Shown piece after piece: positions 12,096-25,500 of a DNA stretch of 57,737 nucleotides. The notes below the pieces were generated by a model. That model saw nothing but the letters and a program-made list of their open reading frames with translations. It searched no databases and had not been told where the DNA came from. The first letter of the stretch is position 1; every line of letters begins with the position of its first letter. The position numbers and the translations under genes were made by a program. The stretch is from Tubiluchus corallicola (taxonomy: Eukaryota; Animalia; Priapulida). The stretch covers positions 102,121 through 159,857 of the forward strand of contig JAQGDQ010000507.1 in NCBI GenBank assembly GCA_030141605.1, written 5' to 3'.

Positions 12096-12856
12096 ATTCG
12101 AGGCTGCAGCTCCAACGACGGTACCATTTGCGGTGATTTATATATCAAACTCGATCTAGTGTTGTGCCATTGGGGGTTTATTTTTCAAATTGGGCCCACC
12201 GGGACGAGCGGGGGGCAAAAAGCCTCCAAAAATGGCCATTTTTTGCCCATTTTTTGCAAAACTTATACCTCTTATTTCTGAAGAATGGGGACAGGCCGGG
12301 GCCATGGATAGATAGCCCGTTCAACGGTGGGTGTAGTAGGCATCTCTAGATTTCCAGGAGGGCCATCGCGTCCTGGAACGGGTGTTTTCCCGAGACCCAA
12401 CTCCCGATTTTTTCGAAATTTTGGTCAAACAGCCAGTAGAAAAAACGTTCTGTTTTAGGACGCTTCCTTACTGAGGAGTTGTGATGAGTTGATTGGGAGT
12501 TCGATTTTGCACGGTTTTCGCTTGAAAAACTGCAGACGCAAAGCCATTGTTCTGACGTCATCCATTATACTCTGCTTATAACCTTATAACTTTAATTCAG
12601 TAAAAGCTACTGGCTTTGCATTGTAAATGAGGACTATGTAGAGGATGTTTGCGTATTATTGATTATAAGTGTATTTATAGGCAAAATTTTTTGCGAGGCC
12701 TTTGCTAGTCTAAGCATTAATTATAAGCCACAAATTTAGTGCTCTGACACTCATCTAGAAGTGCAACTGTTAGTTTGAACAGTAAATTCATGGTGACTTG
12801 ATTGTAAGCTTAATTGGCTTGGCTTCAATAAACCTAAAGGTAAAATGCAGAAATAA

Positions 12857-12887
<31 letters not shown>

Positions 12888-13760
12888 AAGAATTATGATT
12901 TGTACTGTCCATGAAAGCTTGCTAACTGGTAAGTATCTCAGCATCAAAGTTGATTCTGTGGTTGATTTTTATTATAAATTTCTATCTTTTAATGCGTTGC
13001 TAAAAACTAATGACATGGTAGCTTACAAAATATCTGTAGTGTGGACATTACCTCTTCTACTCCATCAACCCATTCAGGAGGCAGCTTATTTGGCATCAAC
13101 TCTGTCAAGCCTCGCGGAGTTTCTTTGGTAACCAAAGCAACTCGGTCGTCTGCCTGCAAGTGCAAAAGTAAGTGTTGTACCTGACAGTACCTCAAACATG
13201 ACCTTATGGCCATCTGATGTACTATGGCCATTTATTTGAACCCATCTGATGTATGGCAACAACGGCACTGCTAGCGTTACTTCAGAAATATTTAGCCAGT
13301 CAATTTAGAGCAACTTGGTCGTCCTCTACCAATAACATCAAAAAAAGATTTTCAAAAATCACAACTGAAATTGTGCCCCAGTCAGTAAGCTAGTTCAGTG
13401 CCTCTATTGAATAGCGCACAATGAAGCATGGACGTCATTGTAGTTGCTCGCACCATGGTACGGCTTCAAAACTTTTATTCTTTGAACTATTTCTCCTATT
13501 AACTAAGCCCAGCAATTCGTACACGTAAAAATGCTACTCACACAACTTTACTTTCAGATTTTTTAAAAATTATTCTAAAACATTGCAATCTTCTTGTACA
13601 TAGCTCAACATGATTAAACGTCAGCGTTTAAATAACTTAAATATAGTTAGTAACTCAGTAGTACCGGCGGTACGCTTACCTGTTCTGAAAATATGTGGCG
13701 ATTTTGCACTGCATTATTTCGCATTAAAATAAAAACCTCGGTTAATGTTCTAGTGGCCAT
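8003..13760 (-). CDS. STX16: Syntaxin-16 (Qa-SNARE), coding exons 1-7; 3' exons not in window
   Basis: Exons 13760-13680, 13153-13052, 11804-11771, 11362-11256, 10479-10317, 9394-9288, 8146-8003 splice in frame: [16 protein letters not shown]...[22 protein letters not shown]...[33 protein letters not shown]...[30 protein letters not shown], closely resembling vertebrate STX16. Confidence 0.95.
8286..8921. mobile_element. MITE, CAGGG-type TIRs (hAT-like), apparent 5-bp TSD
   Basis: CAAGGCCAGAATTTCA ... TGAAATTCTGGCCCTG, flanked by AAAAC on both sides. Confidence 0.7.
9288..9394 (-). CDS. STX16: STX16 exon 6
   Basis: [13 protein letters not shown]...EEAYER, phase consistent. Confidence 0.88.
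9413..10138. repeat. Minisatellite, 22-bp unit (CACTTCTATACAATAGCACATC), ~33 copies, STX16 intron 5
   Basis: Direct inspection. Confidence 0.97.
10317..10479 (-). CDS. STX16: STX16 exon 5
   Basis: [12 protein letters not shown]...[11 protein letters not shown]. Confidence 0.92.
11256..11362 (-). CDS. STX16: STX16 exon 4
   Basis: [35 protein letters not shown]. Confidence 0.93.
11771..11804 (-). CDS. STX16: STX16 exon 3 (34 nt)
   Basis: [23 protein letters not shown]. Confidence 0.88.
12064..12708 (+). mobile_element. Non-autonomous Helitron-like element, copy 1
   Basis: Homologous to 17298-18029; starts in (TA)n; subterminal hairpin GCAAAATTTTTTGC followed by CTAG|T. Confidence 0.65.
13052..13153 (-). 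CDS. STX16: STX16 exon 2
   Basis: ADDRVALV...[15 protein letters not shown], phase 0/0. Confidence 0.92.
13680..13760 (-). CDS. STX16: STX16 coding exon 1
   Basis: [27 protein letters not shown], donor GTAAGC. Confidence 0.92.
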
Positions 13761-16423
13761 CTCTAATAATAATGCACTTCTCTTCAATACACTAACGTAA
13801 AGTAATACCAGCTGCAATTATTTGCAAATTTTCAGCAAATCACGCCGCTGCCTAAAATGCCATTTTCCCTCGGTTGTCACTCCATTCAGTTTCAAAAATA
13901 TCCAGGACAAAAAGCGCACCGAGTGACGAAGGAGTGCTACATTGCATTAAGAAGCCGCATTTCAAGCTAAAGAAAAAATATCGTTATTGGGTTCAATCAA
14001 AGTGGACAACATAGCAGTCGTGACAGACTCAAAACCAATTTAATGAAAGAGAGCAATTGAGATTTAGAAAGCGACAGAAGAGTTAGAGCTAGAGAGGGAG
14101 AAAAAACAAAAGAAAAGGAAAGAGTGGTATGAGATTGACAATATTTACTAAGTTACAAAACAGAATTGTGGCTAAGGACCAATCCACATCGTTATATCGA
14201 CATCAAGTTTGAAGTAGGTAAGTGGTAGAAAACGACATAATGCCATCATAATGCAAGGCAGGCAAGTGAATTAGTAATGATGATCGTTATTTGACTTCAT
14301 GCTTCTCTCACATGTGTACCACCAGCAAACGACGCTAAAAGGGCCGGAATAAGCCAGTGATAGGTTCCCGTTAATTAACAAAAGTGATGTTTTACCTGTC
14401 CTTGGGTGGAGGAAGTATAAAATTTACAAAAAGCAAGATCAGTGTATATCGATATGAATATAAGAGGTATGTAGATGGTGGATCATATGATAACGCTATA
14501 ACGCAATCAATATCCTCAAAATTGGCTAAAAAATTGATATTGTTATATTATGTGGATGGCCCCTTGCAGCAAATTAAGTGTCTGTGAGTGTAAGGTACTA
14601 TGTATAACTAGAATGGCTGCAAAATGGTTCACCATTATATAATCATTCCCTTGGTGTAACACCTATACAGTTCCACGCTTTGCACTTAAAGTATATGAAA
14701 AAAAATATTTCCACTGTGAAAAGTGTCCGCATCACGCCTGTGTCACATGGAGAAACTCGTAAGAGCAAGGCATGATCTGCAATCCATAAGCATTAAGCAA
14801 TAATAAAAGTGCTTCCACTTCACATTACTATACTTTACTTCACTCTACTTTGCTTTGCTTTTCTTTTCTTTATTTTATTATTTTACTTTACTTTACAATT
14901 CGTTCTCATTTTATGCATTAGTTTGTCAGTTATATACAGTCACACATTTTAAATTAAGAAAAACACTAGAAACGAGAACGTTTAAAAAACAAAAACGGGT
15001 CGAAACAAATAAAACCGGATGACAAATTGTGCGGAAAATCAACGACTGGATTTACATAATCGACGAAGATTGGGCTATTCAGCTTTTTATTACAGTTGTT
15101 TTAACTGCTTTAAATATTTTTTATAATTATCCTGGTAAGACTGCTTTCTAAAGATATTTTGCTTTTGTAACTTTTTACTTGCAAATCTGTCACTTAGGAA
15201 TACTGTGGGAATACTTTTTGAACAAGTTTGAGGTGGAAATTGTCACGAGCTATAGGCTTGCATTCACTTTGAAAAACCACGTCTGCCGAAAAAGCTTCAT
15301 AACCATAAGAGGAAATTCTGTACATCAGATCTTTCAGTTAGTTCTGATGGCATTATTTTAATGTAACACGCTCTTCATTGGATACAGGTGGAAGTACAAT
15401 TTTTCTTCCATGCTGTACTACTGATGGCAGTAATTCATGAGCACTAACCACTGTACAACGTATGTGTTCTTAGGACGGAATGCAAATCTGTCTTGACTAG
15501 ACTATAACTACAGAAATCTGTTGATTTAATGTTCACTATCAGTTCTTTCTATGAGGTATGTCAGAGAGAGAGAGAGAGAGAGAGGGATAGACTGAAAGAC
15601 TGTCCATTTCATTTATATTTATTTCGCTTGTTTTTGAGTTTGGGGATCATGCCATCTGAAATGGACCAAGGCCTCAGTTGTGACAATCTCTGATTTTCTT
15701 CGTACTTTCAAAATATATTCTACTATTATTATTAATGAAAGATGCAGAAAAATAGAACTATAATAAAATGAGAAGTTGTTGATTTCAGTATAAGAATTTA
15801 GTAATTTCGCTTATGTAACTTTACATAATTGTAAGCCTTTAATAATTTCACTTATATGATACCAGTTATTATTCATTTACTAATCTGAATAACAGTACAA
15901 CAGTTATCATTTCCTTTGTACGTTTGTTTGCTTCGTGACAGTCTCTGTTTGTAACAAATCTTCTAATCATGTATATATTATACACGTTAATTCTAGTATT
16001 CTTTTTTCAACAGCTTTGCAACCCCCTGTAACTTAATCATCGAGTTGAGCTTGTAGTCGAAATCAGTAATGTTGTTAAATGACAGCAGGTCTTCTTTCTT
16101 TATTCTCTTCCACTTCTTTCTTTGCATTGAATGAAAGACAACCCTCTGAGCTGGATGAGCTTTGACTTTCAAATTATTATACATCTATGCTCCTGTCATC
16201 ACACTTTTGACAAGATTGAAGATTAGCACTAGATGCACGATGTAAATTGTAAAAACAAGCCCTTGTCATCTTAAACATTTATTCGGAATAAAACTAGTAG
16301 TAGGCCTGCACTTTTCACATCCCTTGATTCAGACGTTTCAAAAACGAGTGTTTGGAAAGCAGGTACATTTTAGGCTTAATGAGGAGTAGATAATGATATT
16401 TTTTGCATTGTCTTCTGTAGTAA
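13761..16423. promoter_or_regulatory. Divergent STX16/PABPN1 region: probable bidirectional promoter plus PABPN1 5' UTR intron
   Basis: Start codons face away from each other; acceptor-like TCTTCTGTAG 3 nt before the PABPN1 ATG; YY1-like GCCATTTT at 13859. TSSs cannot be located. Confidence 0.5.
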
Positions 16424-16597
16424 ATGGCGGACAATATTGATGCTGAAAATGGGGAAATTTCTCCCCGTCACTATGGTGACGAAAATGAAAGTCTGGGGCC
16501 AGAAGATCACGATGACGTGCTTGGAGGAGGTGAGCCAGGAAATGAGGAAGAAATTGATGACTCAATGTTGTCTGCAAGTGGCAGCACTGATGATCCA
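16424..16597 (+). CDS. PABPN1: PABPN1 coding exon 1
   Basis: MADNIDAE...STDDP, donor GTATGT. Confidence 0.85.
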
Positions 16598-19500
16598 GTA
16601 TGTCATTTATTTTCATTTTATTCATAATCATTCAGTAAATTAAAAATTTAAGACAATGTAAATCCAATTAAATTAAGTTTATTATGTAATTAAAGGTGAA
16701 ATCTTTTGGAACAAAAAATTATAATATGCAAACAAATAATAACATGTCTTCATTTGACGAATGCATTTGGAAACTTTTTAAACCTTTACTTTTTACTTTT
16801 TATGAATGCCGATGTGTCAAACGAGTTTGACTGGTGGAAACTATCCACATAAAATTTCTGATAACTAGGTAGGATACTTTTAATAAGAACTATAGGTAGC
16901 ACATTTTCTCATGTTGACTTTGTGGCATATGCACTTAACAAGAGTAAAATTCTTCGCATAGTAATGTCAAAATTACTCATATGATTATAAAATGTCAAAA
17001 AACGGAAAAATAAGAAAATTGATGCTACTTAATAAATCAATCGCAAGTGCTTCAGTCTCAGTAGGGGTTGATGAAGCCATTTTCTAAATGCAGGAATCAG
17101 TAATAGTGTTTAAGTGTAGAAACTAGGGGTGTAGCCAGCTTTTAAAGTTAGGAGGAGCAAGCACATAAAAAAGCAATAACACACATCAAGCATTTTATGC
17201 ATTTTGTACCATAATGCATTGATTATACATTTAAATCTTTGTGTTACACGTGAAAGATACAGTTTTAAAGAAAGTGCATAATTGTTGTTTTGTATCGTAT
17301 ATATATATATGGGTGGATATATAACCGACGAGGCTACAGCTGCAACGATGGCACCATTTTCGACGATCTATGCGTCAAATGAAAGGTCTCCACCCAAGGG
17401 TTCGCACATGTGGGCTTATTTTTCGAATCGTCCCCACCGGGAGGAACGGGGGCCGGAAAACCTCAAAAATTGGCCATTTTTTGCAAAACTTATACCTCTT
17501 ATTTCTAGAGTATGGGAACGCGTTGGGGATGGTTCCAGTAATGGTTAGATAGCCCGGTTCAACGGTGGGTGTCATAGTCATACTTAGAATTTGGGATAGG
17601 GCCACAATGCCCCGTGATGGGCGTTTTCGCAGACCCAACTTCCAATTTTTTCGAAATTTTGGCCAAACGGCCTGTAGAAATAATGTTCTAGCGGCGTTCA
17701 GTGGGACTCTTGAAAGGAGATATATGGCTCTTTAGAAAGACAAGAACAGGGCTACGCCATGACATGCGCTACATTTTAGGACATCTCCACCCAGAGGAGT
17801 GGCGATGAGTTAATTAGATGTTCCATTTTTGACAATTTTCGCTTGGAAAACTGCTAACGCAAAGCCATTGTTCTGACGTCATCCATTATGCTCTGCTTAT
17901 AACTTTATAACTTTAATTCAGTAAAAGCTGCTATTGGCTTTGCATTATAAGTGAGGACTATGTAGGATGTTCACGTATAATTGATTATAAGTGAATTTAT
18001 ACGCAAAATGTTTTGCGGGCCTTTGCGAGTCTAACATTAAAATGCAATAAAAAATTTCACACTAAGCTCATAAATCTAAAAACGTGGCAAAAATGTATGT
18101 TATTTATTTATTTTAATTTTAACGTAAAATGGATCATTGTGAAAAATGTATCATGAAGGAACTACAGCATGTAGCCTGTCACATCTAGGCTTCCTTCTGG
18201 CAAAGTAATCTGTAACTTTATCATAATCTACCTGAGTAACCAAATCTTTTTCAATGAAGAGCGAGAGCAGATGTGTAGCAATGAGTCAGCTTTGACAAAT
18301 AGTTGCGTAAATGCACGCTCGTGTCAGAAACACGGGGAAGGCAAGTTAATCAAGTAATGACTCCAGAAAATTCTTCCAAGACTATCTGATTAAAAAAATA
18401 AGAAAAGATTCAACTTTTATCTCACAAGTGAATTGAAGAGTTGAAAAAGTGCCAATTTTGAAAAATGTGCTCGTGGGAGGTGTTGTTCCGCTGATAGCTA
18501 CACCATTATATTGATGTACAATGATCTACCTATAGTTCAAGATTTAATTTTTCCTTTTAAGGTTCAAGTTACTTATGCAGTATTGAAACACGCTCCAAAA
18601 CACACTTGGTCCTACTACATCTTTTGTCCGTGTTGCCCCTTTTTTTTACCTACAATGCAAACCGGATACTTAGGAATGCAGCTTTTCCCTAGGACCTTTT
18701 CGCTGTGGAATTCTTTACTTGAAAATTGTTTTCCACTTAGCTACAACCTAGCTCGTTTGCACATGATTGTAAATATTGCTTTGTCGTAGAAAATATACAA
18801 GGTAATCTACTGTTTACAATACTATACGTATATGACAATAAATATATGACAATAAAACAATCATCAAAGGTAGAAACTGTTATCACTCAAAGCTTTGGCT
18901 GATTAACACCTGCATCTATGTAGTTTTTTGGAAATTTTTCCTATCTGTAATAAAAAAAATTATTTTTATGCATAAAGGAACTGGAAGCCATAAAAGCAAG
19001 AGTTAAAGAAATGGAAGAGGAAGCTGAGAAGCTTAGACAAATGCAAAATGAGGTTGAGAAACAGTTGAACATGAGCCCTCCTGCTGTTAGTGAGTAATCT
19101 TTCTCATTAGTGCCAAGATCTGATATGTTTCTTCTTTGTTGTTCACTTATGAAAGTTACGATTCTTCATTTAAATGTTAATTCATAATCGTAAAGATGTG
19201 ACATACAGATTAAACCATCCTTACTTCACTGATTAGAACTGTTTTTTGTACAGACTTTTATAAATTTTTTTGTACGTTCGTGTACTAACTTGACGCAGTC
19301 GTTATAAAAGCTATTCTAACATTAAAACATAATTCTTGCAATAAAACATTTTACACTAAGCTCATAAATCTAAAAACATGACAAAAACGTGTTATTTAAT
19401 TATTTTAATTTTAAACGTAAAATGAAAACAAAATGAATCATTGAGAAAAATGTATCATGAAGGAATTACAGCATGTAGCCTATCACGTCTAGGCTTCCTT

Positions 19501-22500
19501 CTGGCAAAGTATTCTGTAACTTTACCTAGCATAATCTACCTGATCTAATCTTTTATAAATTTTTTTGTACGTTCGTATACTTACTTGACGCAGTCGTATA
19601 AAAGCATATTTTTTAATTTGAAACATCAAACACAATAATTATTCTAACATCGTTCTCTCGGGAAACACAGGACGCCGCTATGCTTTTCTATGGCTAACTC
19701 TTGGCAAGGGTTGCCGTTTTGTATGATGCTCATTGTATTGGAGGCTAGAAAGTGTAGAATTTTCCACTAAATTGGTGTATTAACGACCGGCTAGTGTTGC
19801 CGCTTATACTATAATTATAACATATACATTCATGATACAAAAAAGAGGCTATATAATAATCGATAATTTAGTAATGTGAAATGAAAAAATAAGGCGTAAA
19901 AAACGTGCATTGGAAAACTTCAAACATTGCTGATAACCGGTGAGAAATAAACAACATTGATTTGAACTGATGTTCAATATTTCACGATTCAGTTTTAAAC
20001 GTTCCCAAAGCTTTAAAAAAATTTGAAAAAAAAATTCCTTCCTCCGTACTGGAGTCTTATGAGCTCATGAATAAAACAGAAACAAATTTCTTATAATTAC
20101 TCATATGGTATTTATTGTTTAGTTAACCTTAAGTAACAAACTTGCTGACAACTTACTAATCACATTAACAAATCATTTAAGCATAAGGTTAGATTGGAGT
20201 GTCATTATTTTCTCAGTGTTAAAGTACTTTTCATTCCAGTCTTTTAAAATTGCTTTTTGCAGTTTTATTTAGTGTTCTGATATTTTTTTTGTGAGGCGTT
20301 TTGTAGTCTGTTTGCCATTTTTGTCATATTACTGCATTACCTGTTTTAATTATAATTCTATTTCCGTTCTTTTACATCCTATTTCAGCGAGTCCTACCAC
20401 TGCTTCACCAGCCGTGTCCTTGGAAGACAAAATTGAAGCCGATACACGATCGATATATGTCGGAAATGTAAGTGCATAATGAGTTAAGCCTTTCACTATG
20501 TAGTTGCTTTTTAACAGGGCCGCATTAGTTTTTGTACATTTGACAATAACCTCTTGTGGTGTATTAGTAAAACCGAATCTTGTAAATAAACAAATAGCCA
20601 TGTGTTATTAAATGCACACACATCTGCACACACATATATGCACTCATGCTTGCATGCACGCGCACACTCACACAAAATAAGCACATACTTATATTTAGCA
20701 GCCAGTTTATACAAAAGTCCATAATACGAATTATTTTATAAGAATGCAGAACTAGTGACTAAACACGTTTCACTAACTATCAACAAGCAATTTTGCATGA
20801 GAACGTACTATACGGTACAGTACGTATTATGGAATGCACCTGGCTTCGGATGCTGATTGGTTGGTTAGAGTTACTTGTTACACACACGCGCACGAAAGCA
20901 CGCACGCACACACATACAGAACCTCATAAATAAGCATGTACTGTGATTTATAAACCAGTTTTCATAAAAGATGCACTACTAATCCATAATATGCAATCAT
21001 TTTTCAAGAATGCAGAACAATCAACTAAACATACCTCACCGTACAGTATTGTGGAATGCAAATGGCTTCAGATGCTGATTGGCTAGTTAACGTTACTTGT
21101 TGTGAGGCAACCCCAATCCCACGGCTGTTAAACTTTAAATTTTTCTACATGTTCTTGCATGGCCATAGCAGTGAAATAAACAGACCTGGATGACTGCGCT
21201 TAGTGCTGAGTGCGTGCAGCAGTCTGCCGCCTTCCGTCGCTTGCATGAAAAACATGGGCGGCAGTGTGCCACCTTCCGTAGTGAAAGGGTTAAACCAGTA
21301 GTAGTTGTCACTTTATAGTAGGCATAGAATAAATTTCATTTATTTTAGTGTTTTGTCAGTAAGAATTTTCTATTTGTTTCACAATATGTTGTTTGTTCTA
21401 TCATTAGATTATGATACACGAGTAGGACAGATCGGTCATAAAAAATTTGTTTCTGTCTTACCTCATGAGTTCAAAAGATGTTATAAGTCACAAGTCATTT
21501 ATTTCACATTACACATTTACAATAGTTTCATGTACAATATCTAGTGAAAGGGCCTACAATGAACATAATACAAATAAGAAATACTGCACAGGAAAAGCCT
21601 CAAACACTGTTCATTTATACACGAAGGTAAATGTGTTGCGTGCAATCAAAAAGCAGGGCTTGTTAGATTGTCCCACACAATGAAAGAAAAAAAGTAATGG
21701 AAATAAACTGAAAATTTAAAGTGAATCGAGTGATAAAAAAACATTAGTGCTTAAAATGGAATGATGTAATGAATGAAGCTCATATATGAGATGATATAAA
21801 AGATGGAAAGACTATTATTTGTTAATAGTATGTAAAATTAAGATAACTTGATTAAGATAAGATGTCAGTAATGAGGGAGGAAATTTTTTTTTAAAGATTT
21901 TAAAGCTGAATCATGCAATATGTAAAAACAGTTGCAATGAAAGTTGTTTATTTCCCACAGATTAGCAGTAATGTTTTTTTTTAATGCGCATTTTTTCACT
22001 CTTTGTTTTTTTAGTTTCGTGTCACTAAATTTTTGTATAATTATTATCGATTATTGTATAGTCTCTTTTATATCATGAACATACATGTTCTGATAATTAT
22101 GGTATAAGCGGCAACAGTTCTTGGCCGTTAATACACCGATTTGGCGGAAAATTCGATACTTTTTAGCCTTCAATGCAATGAGCATCATACAAAATGGCAA
22201 CCCTGGCCGAGAGTTAGCCATGGAAGAACATGGCCGCATCCTTCCTTCCAAGAAAGAATGGTGTTATAATAATTATTCAATTTACGTTTTAAATTAAAAA
22301 ATACGCTTTTATATTACTGCATCAAGTAAGCATATAAGCTTGCAAAAAAAATTGTAAAATTCCCGGCCAGGTGCGCAATAAAAAAATATTACCTGGGCGA
22401 TTAGACAGAAGCAGAAGTATTTTTATTGGTGGCCGCAGCGTAACATTTCAGCATGGAGCATCACCTATCGGCTACAAAACCCAATTTAATTATTTGCTTA

Positions 22501-25500
22501 TCATTGATCACTTTGAAATATTGTTTGTGTTTTCTTTGTTATCTTATATGTTATGACAGGTTGCATTTTGTTATATTTTAGGTTGATTATACGGCTACAG
22601 CTGAAGAATTGGAAGCACATTTTCATGGGTGTGGTTCGGTAAACAGGGTCACAATCTTGTGCGATAAATATACGGGCCATCCCAAAGGGTAAACCACTAA
22701 TTCTTTTCATTCTAGTCTACATAATTGTTTAAGTTAGTGGAATTTCAAGGCAGAAAAAACGTCGCGTTAAAGGAAAGAACAAGTCATTCAGTATGTTGGG
22801 TTTATTTTACTGTTGTCACTTAAACTTAGAAAAATATAACGAAGAAATTCGCAAAGAACGGCCTGTGAAGCATAAATTTAAATATTCACTTGAAAATCAT
22901 GACGTAACCGAGAGACCTCGCGACTTTTCGTAAGCGCATCGTGGCTTTCCGTAATCGCGCGCTGCTTAAACTAATTCAAACTTCTGCAACTTACCTAATG
23001 TTCACGCACCAGTGTTGCAAAATTAGCTATCTATGTTTTTAAAAGCTTATTATACTTTTGATGAAGATTGACAATGCGCTGCTTTTCTTTACGACGAATG
23101 ACGTCATTGGAAGAAGAATGGACATTGAAAGTGGGAGCGCCCAAGCATGAAGTGATCGCGACTTTAAAGTGATTTTACTAGTTACACGAGGCGCTTATTG
23201 CAGTTTTATTACTAAATCCTTCTAACATTTTTCGCGAACATTGAAATAAGCCTAACCTCCTAAAAAGCTTGACCTTTCCTTTAATGCATAATAGTGGTTT
23301 GTTATGAATGCCTGAAGAGCTGTAAATGTAGCAGGGTGGAAAAGGCATTCCTCCGTAAGAGTTTGTTAATGTGGCAACAATGTGGTGTTGAGACAACAAG
23401 GTATGTTAATGGAAAATATTGCGCAATTATCTCTGTGGCAAAACGAGTTTTGCTGATGAGATTGTTAAAAAGACTCAAATGAAATAATGGTTGATTTATA
23501 TCCTGGGGCGTTCTGCTAAGATATTAAAAAGAAATAATTTGTTTATCTATTTATCTGTATTTCCATGTTATCATACAAGTCCAGTCGCATTGATGCATTT
23601 CTTTTAGTGATTGCATCATAATTTTGTGACATATTGTCTTTTACTGCAATAGCTGACACTTATCACAAGCTTGTTAATTAGTTATTGCAGTTGATAAGCC
23701 GTGTTTGTTTTTTGCCAACCTGAAAAGTTTGACTATCCATCAAATTATGGAAGAAAAAACATGTCTGATATGTGAACAACTTAGAAAACATGAGATAATA
23801 TTTATTAGTTTTCGCGCTGCTTTTTGTACTTTCTTTATCGGAATATTACCATGTTGCAAGACGATTTCTTGCATTATTCATCTCTGAATATCTAAGTAAG
23901 AACATTTGTGTTTGCATTAGTCTGTATCTTTTCACCCTCCCGTAATTAGCAAATTTTTCCATTTAGACATGCGTATATAGAATTTTCTGACAAAGATTCT
24001 GTACAAACTTCGTTAGCGCTTGACGATTCTTTGTTTAAAGGACGACAAATCAAGGTATGTTGTTCACCTTTCTAGTAAATAGGCATAGAATATAACTTAA
24101 GAATAGACATAGAATATAACTTAAGAATAGACATAGAATATAACTTAAGAATAGGCATAGAATATAACTTAAGAATAGACATAGAATATAACTTAAGAAT
24201 AAACATAGAATATAACTTAAGAATAGGCATAGAATATAACTTAAGAACAGACATAGAATATAACTTAAGAATAGACATAGAATATAACTTAAGAACAGAC
24301 ATAGAATATAACTTAAGAATAAACATAGAATATAACTTAAGAATAGGCATAGAATATAACTTAAGAACAGACATAGAATATAACTTAAGAATAGACATAG
24401 AATATAACTTAAGAATAGACATAGAATATAACTTAAGAATAAACATAGAATATAACTTAAGAATAGACATAGAATATAACTTAAGAATAAACATAGAATA
24501 TAACTTAAGAAAAGGCATAGAATATAACTTAAGAATAGACATAGAATATAACTTAAGAATAGACATAGAATATAACTTAAGAATAGACATAGAATATAAC
24601 TTAAGAATAGGCATAGAATATAACTTAAGAATAGACATAGAATATAACTTAAGAATAGACATAGAATATAACTTAAGAATAGACATAGAATATAACTTAA
24701 GAATAGACATAGAATATAACTCAAGAATAGACATAGAATATAACTTAAGAATAGACATAGAATATAACTTAAGAATAGACATAGAATATAACTTAAGAAT
24801 AGGCATAGAATATAACTTAAGAATAGACATAGAATATAACTTAAGAATAGACATAGAATATAACTTAAGAATAGACATAGAATATAACTTAAGAATAAAC
24901 ATAGAATATAACTTAAGAATAGACATAGAATATAACTTAAGAATAAACATAGAATATAACTTAAGAATAGGCATAGAATATAACTTAAGAATAGACATAG
25001 AATATAACTTAAGAATAGACATAGAATATAACTTAAGAATAGACATAGAATATAACAAGAATATAACTTAAGAATAGACATAGAATATAACTCAAGAATA
25101 GACATAGAATATAACTTAAGAATAGACATAGAATATAACTTAAGAATAGACATAGAATATAACTTAAGAATAGACATAGAATATAACTTAAGAATAGGCA
25201 TAGAATATAACTTAAGAATAGACATAGAATATAACTTAAGAATAGACATAGAATATAACTTAAGAATAGACATAGAATATAACTTAAGAATAGACATAGA
25301 ATATAACTTAAGAATAGACATAGAATATAACTTAAGAATAGACATAGAATATAACTTAAGAATAGACATAGAATATAACTTAAGAATAGACATAGAATAT
25401 AACTTAAGAATAGACATAGAATATAACTTAAGAATAGGCATAGAATATAACTTAAGAATAGACATAGAATATAACTTAAGAATAGACATAGAATATAACT

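Larger units (their letters stand above)
18030..19605. repeat. Local direct duplications around PABPN1 exon 2 (18030-18236 ~ 19315-19543; 19254-19310 ~ 19549-19605)
   Basis: Shared ACACTAAGCTCATAAATCTAAAAAC...CTAGGCTTCCTTCTGGCAAAGTA and TTTTGTACGTTCGT...TTGACGCAGTCGT. Confidence 0.85.

Noticed and set aside
13800-16400. tRNA/snoRNA or extra small gene in the divergent region
   Set aside because: No cloverleaf, paired C/D boxes or convincing ORF by eye; a covariance-model search would be needed.
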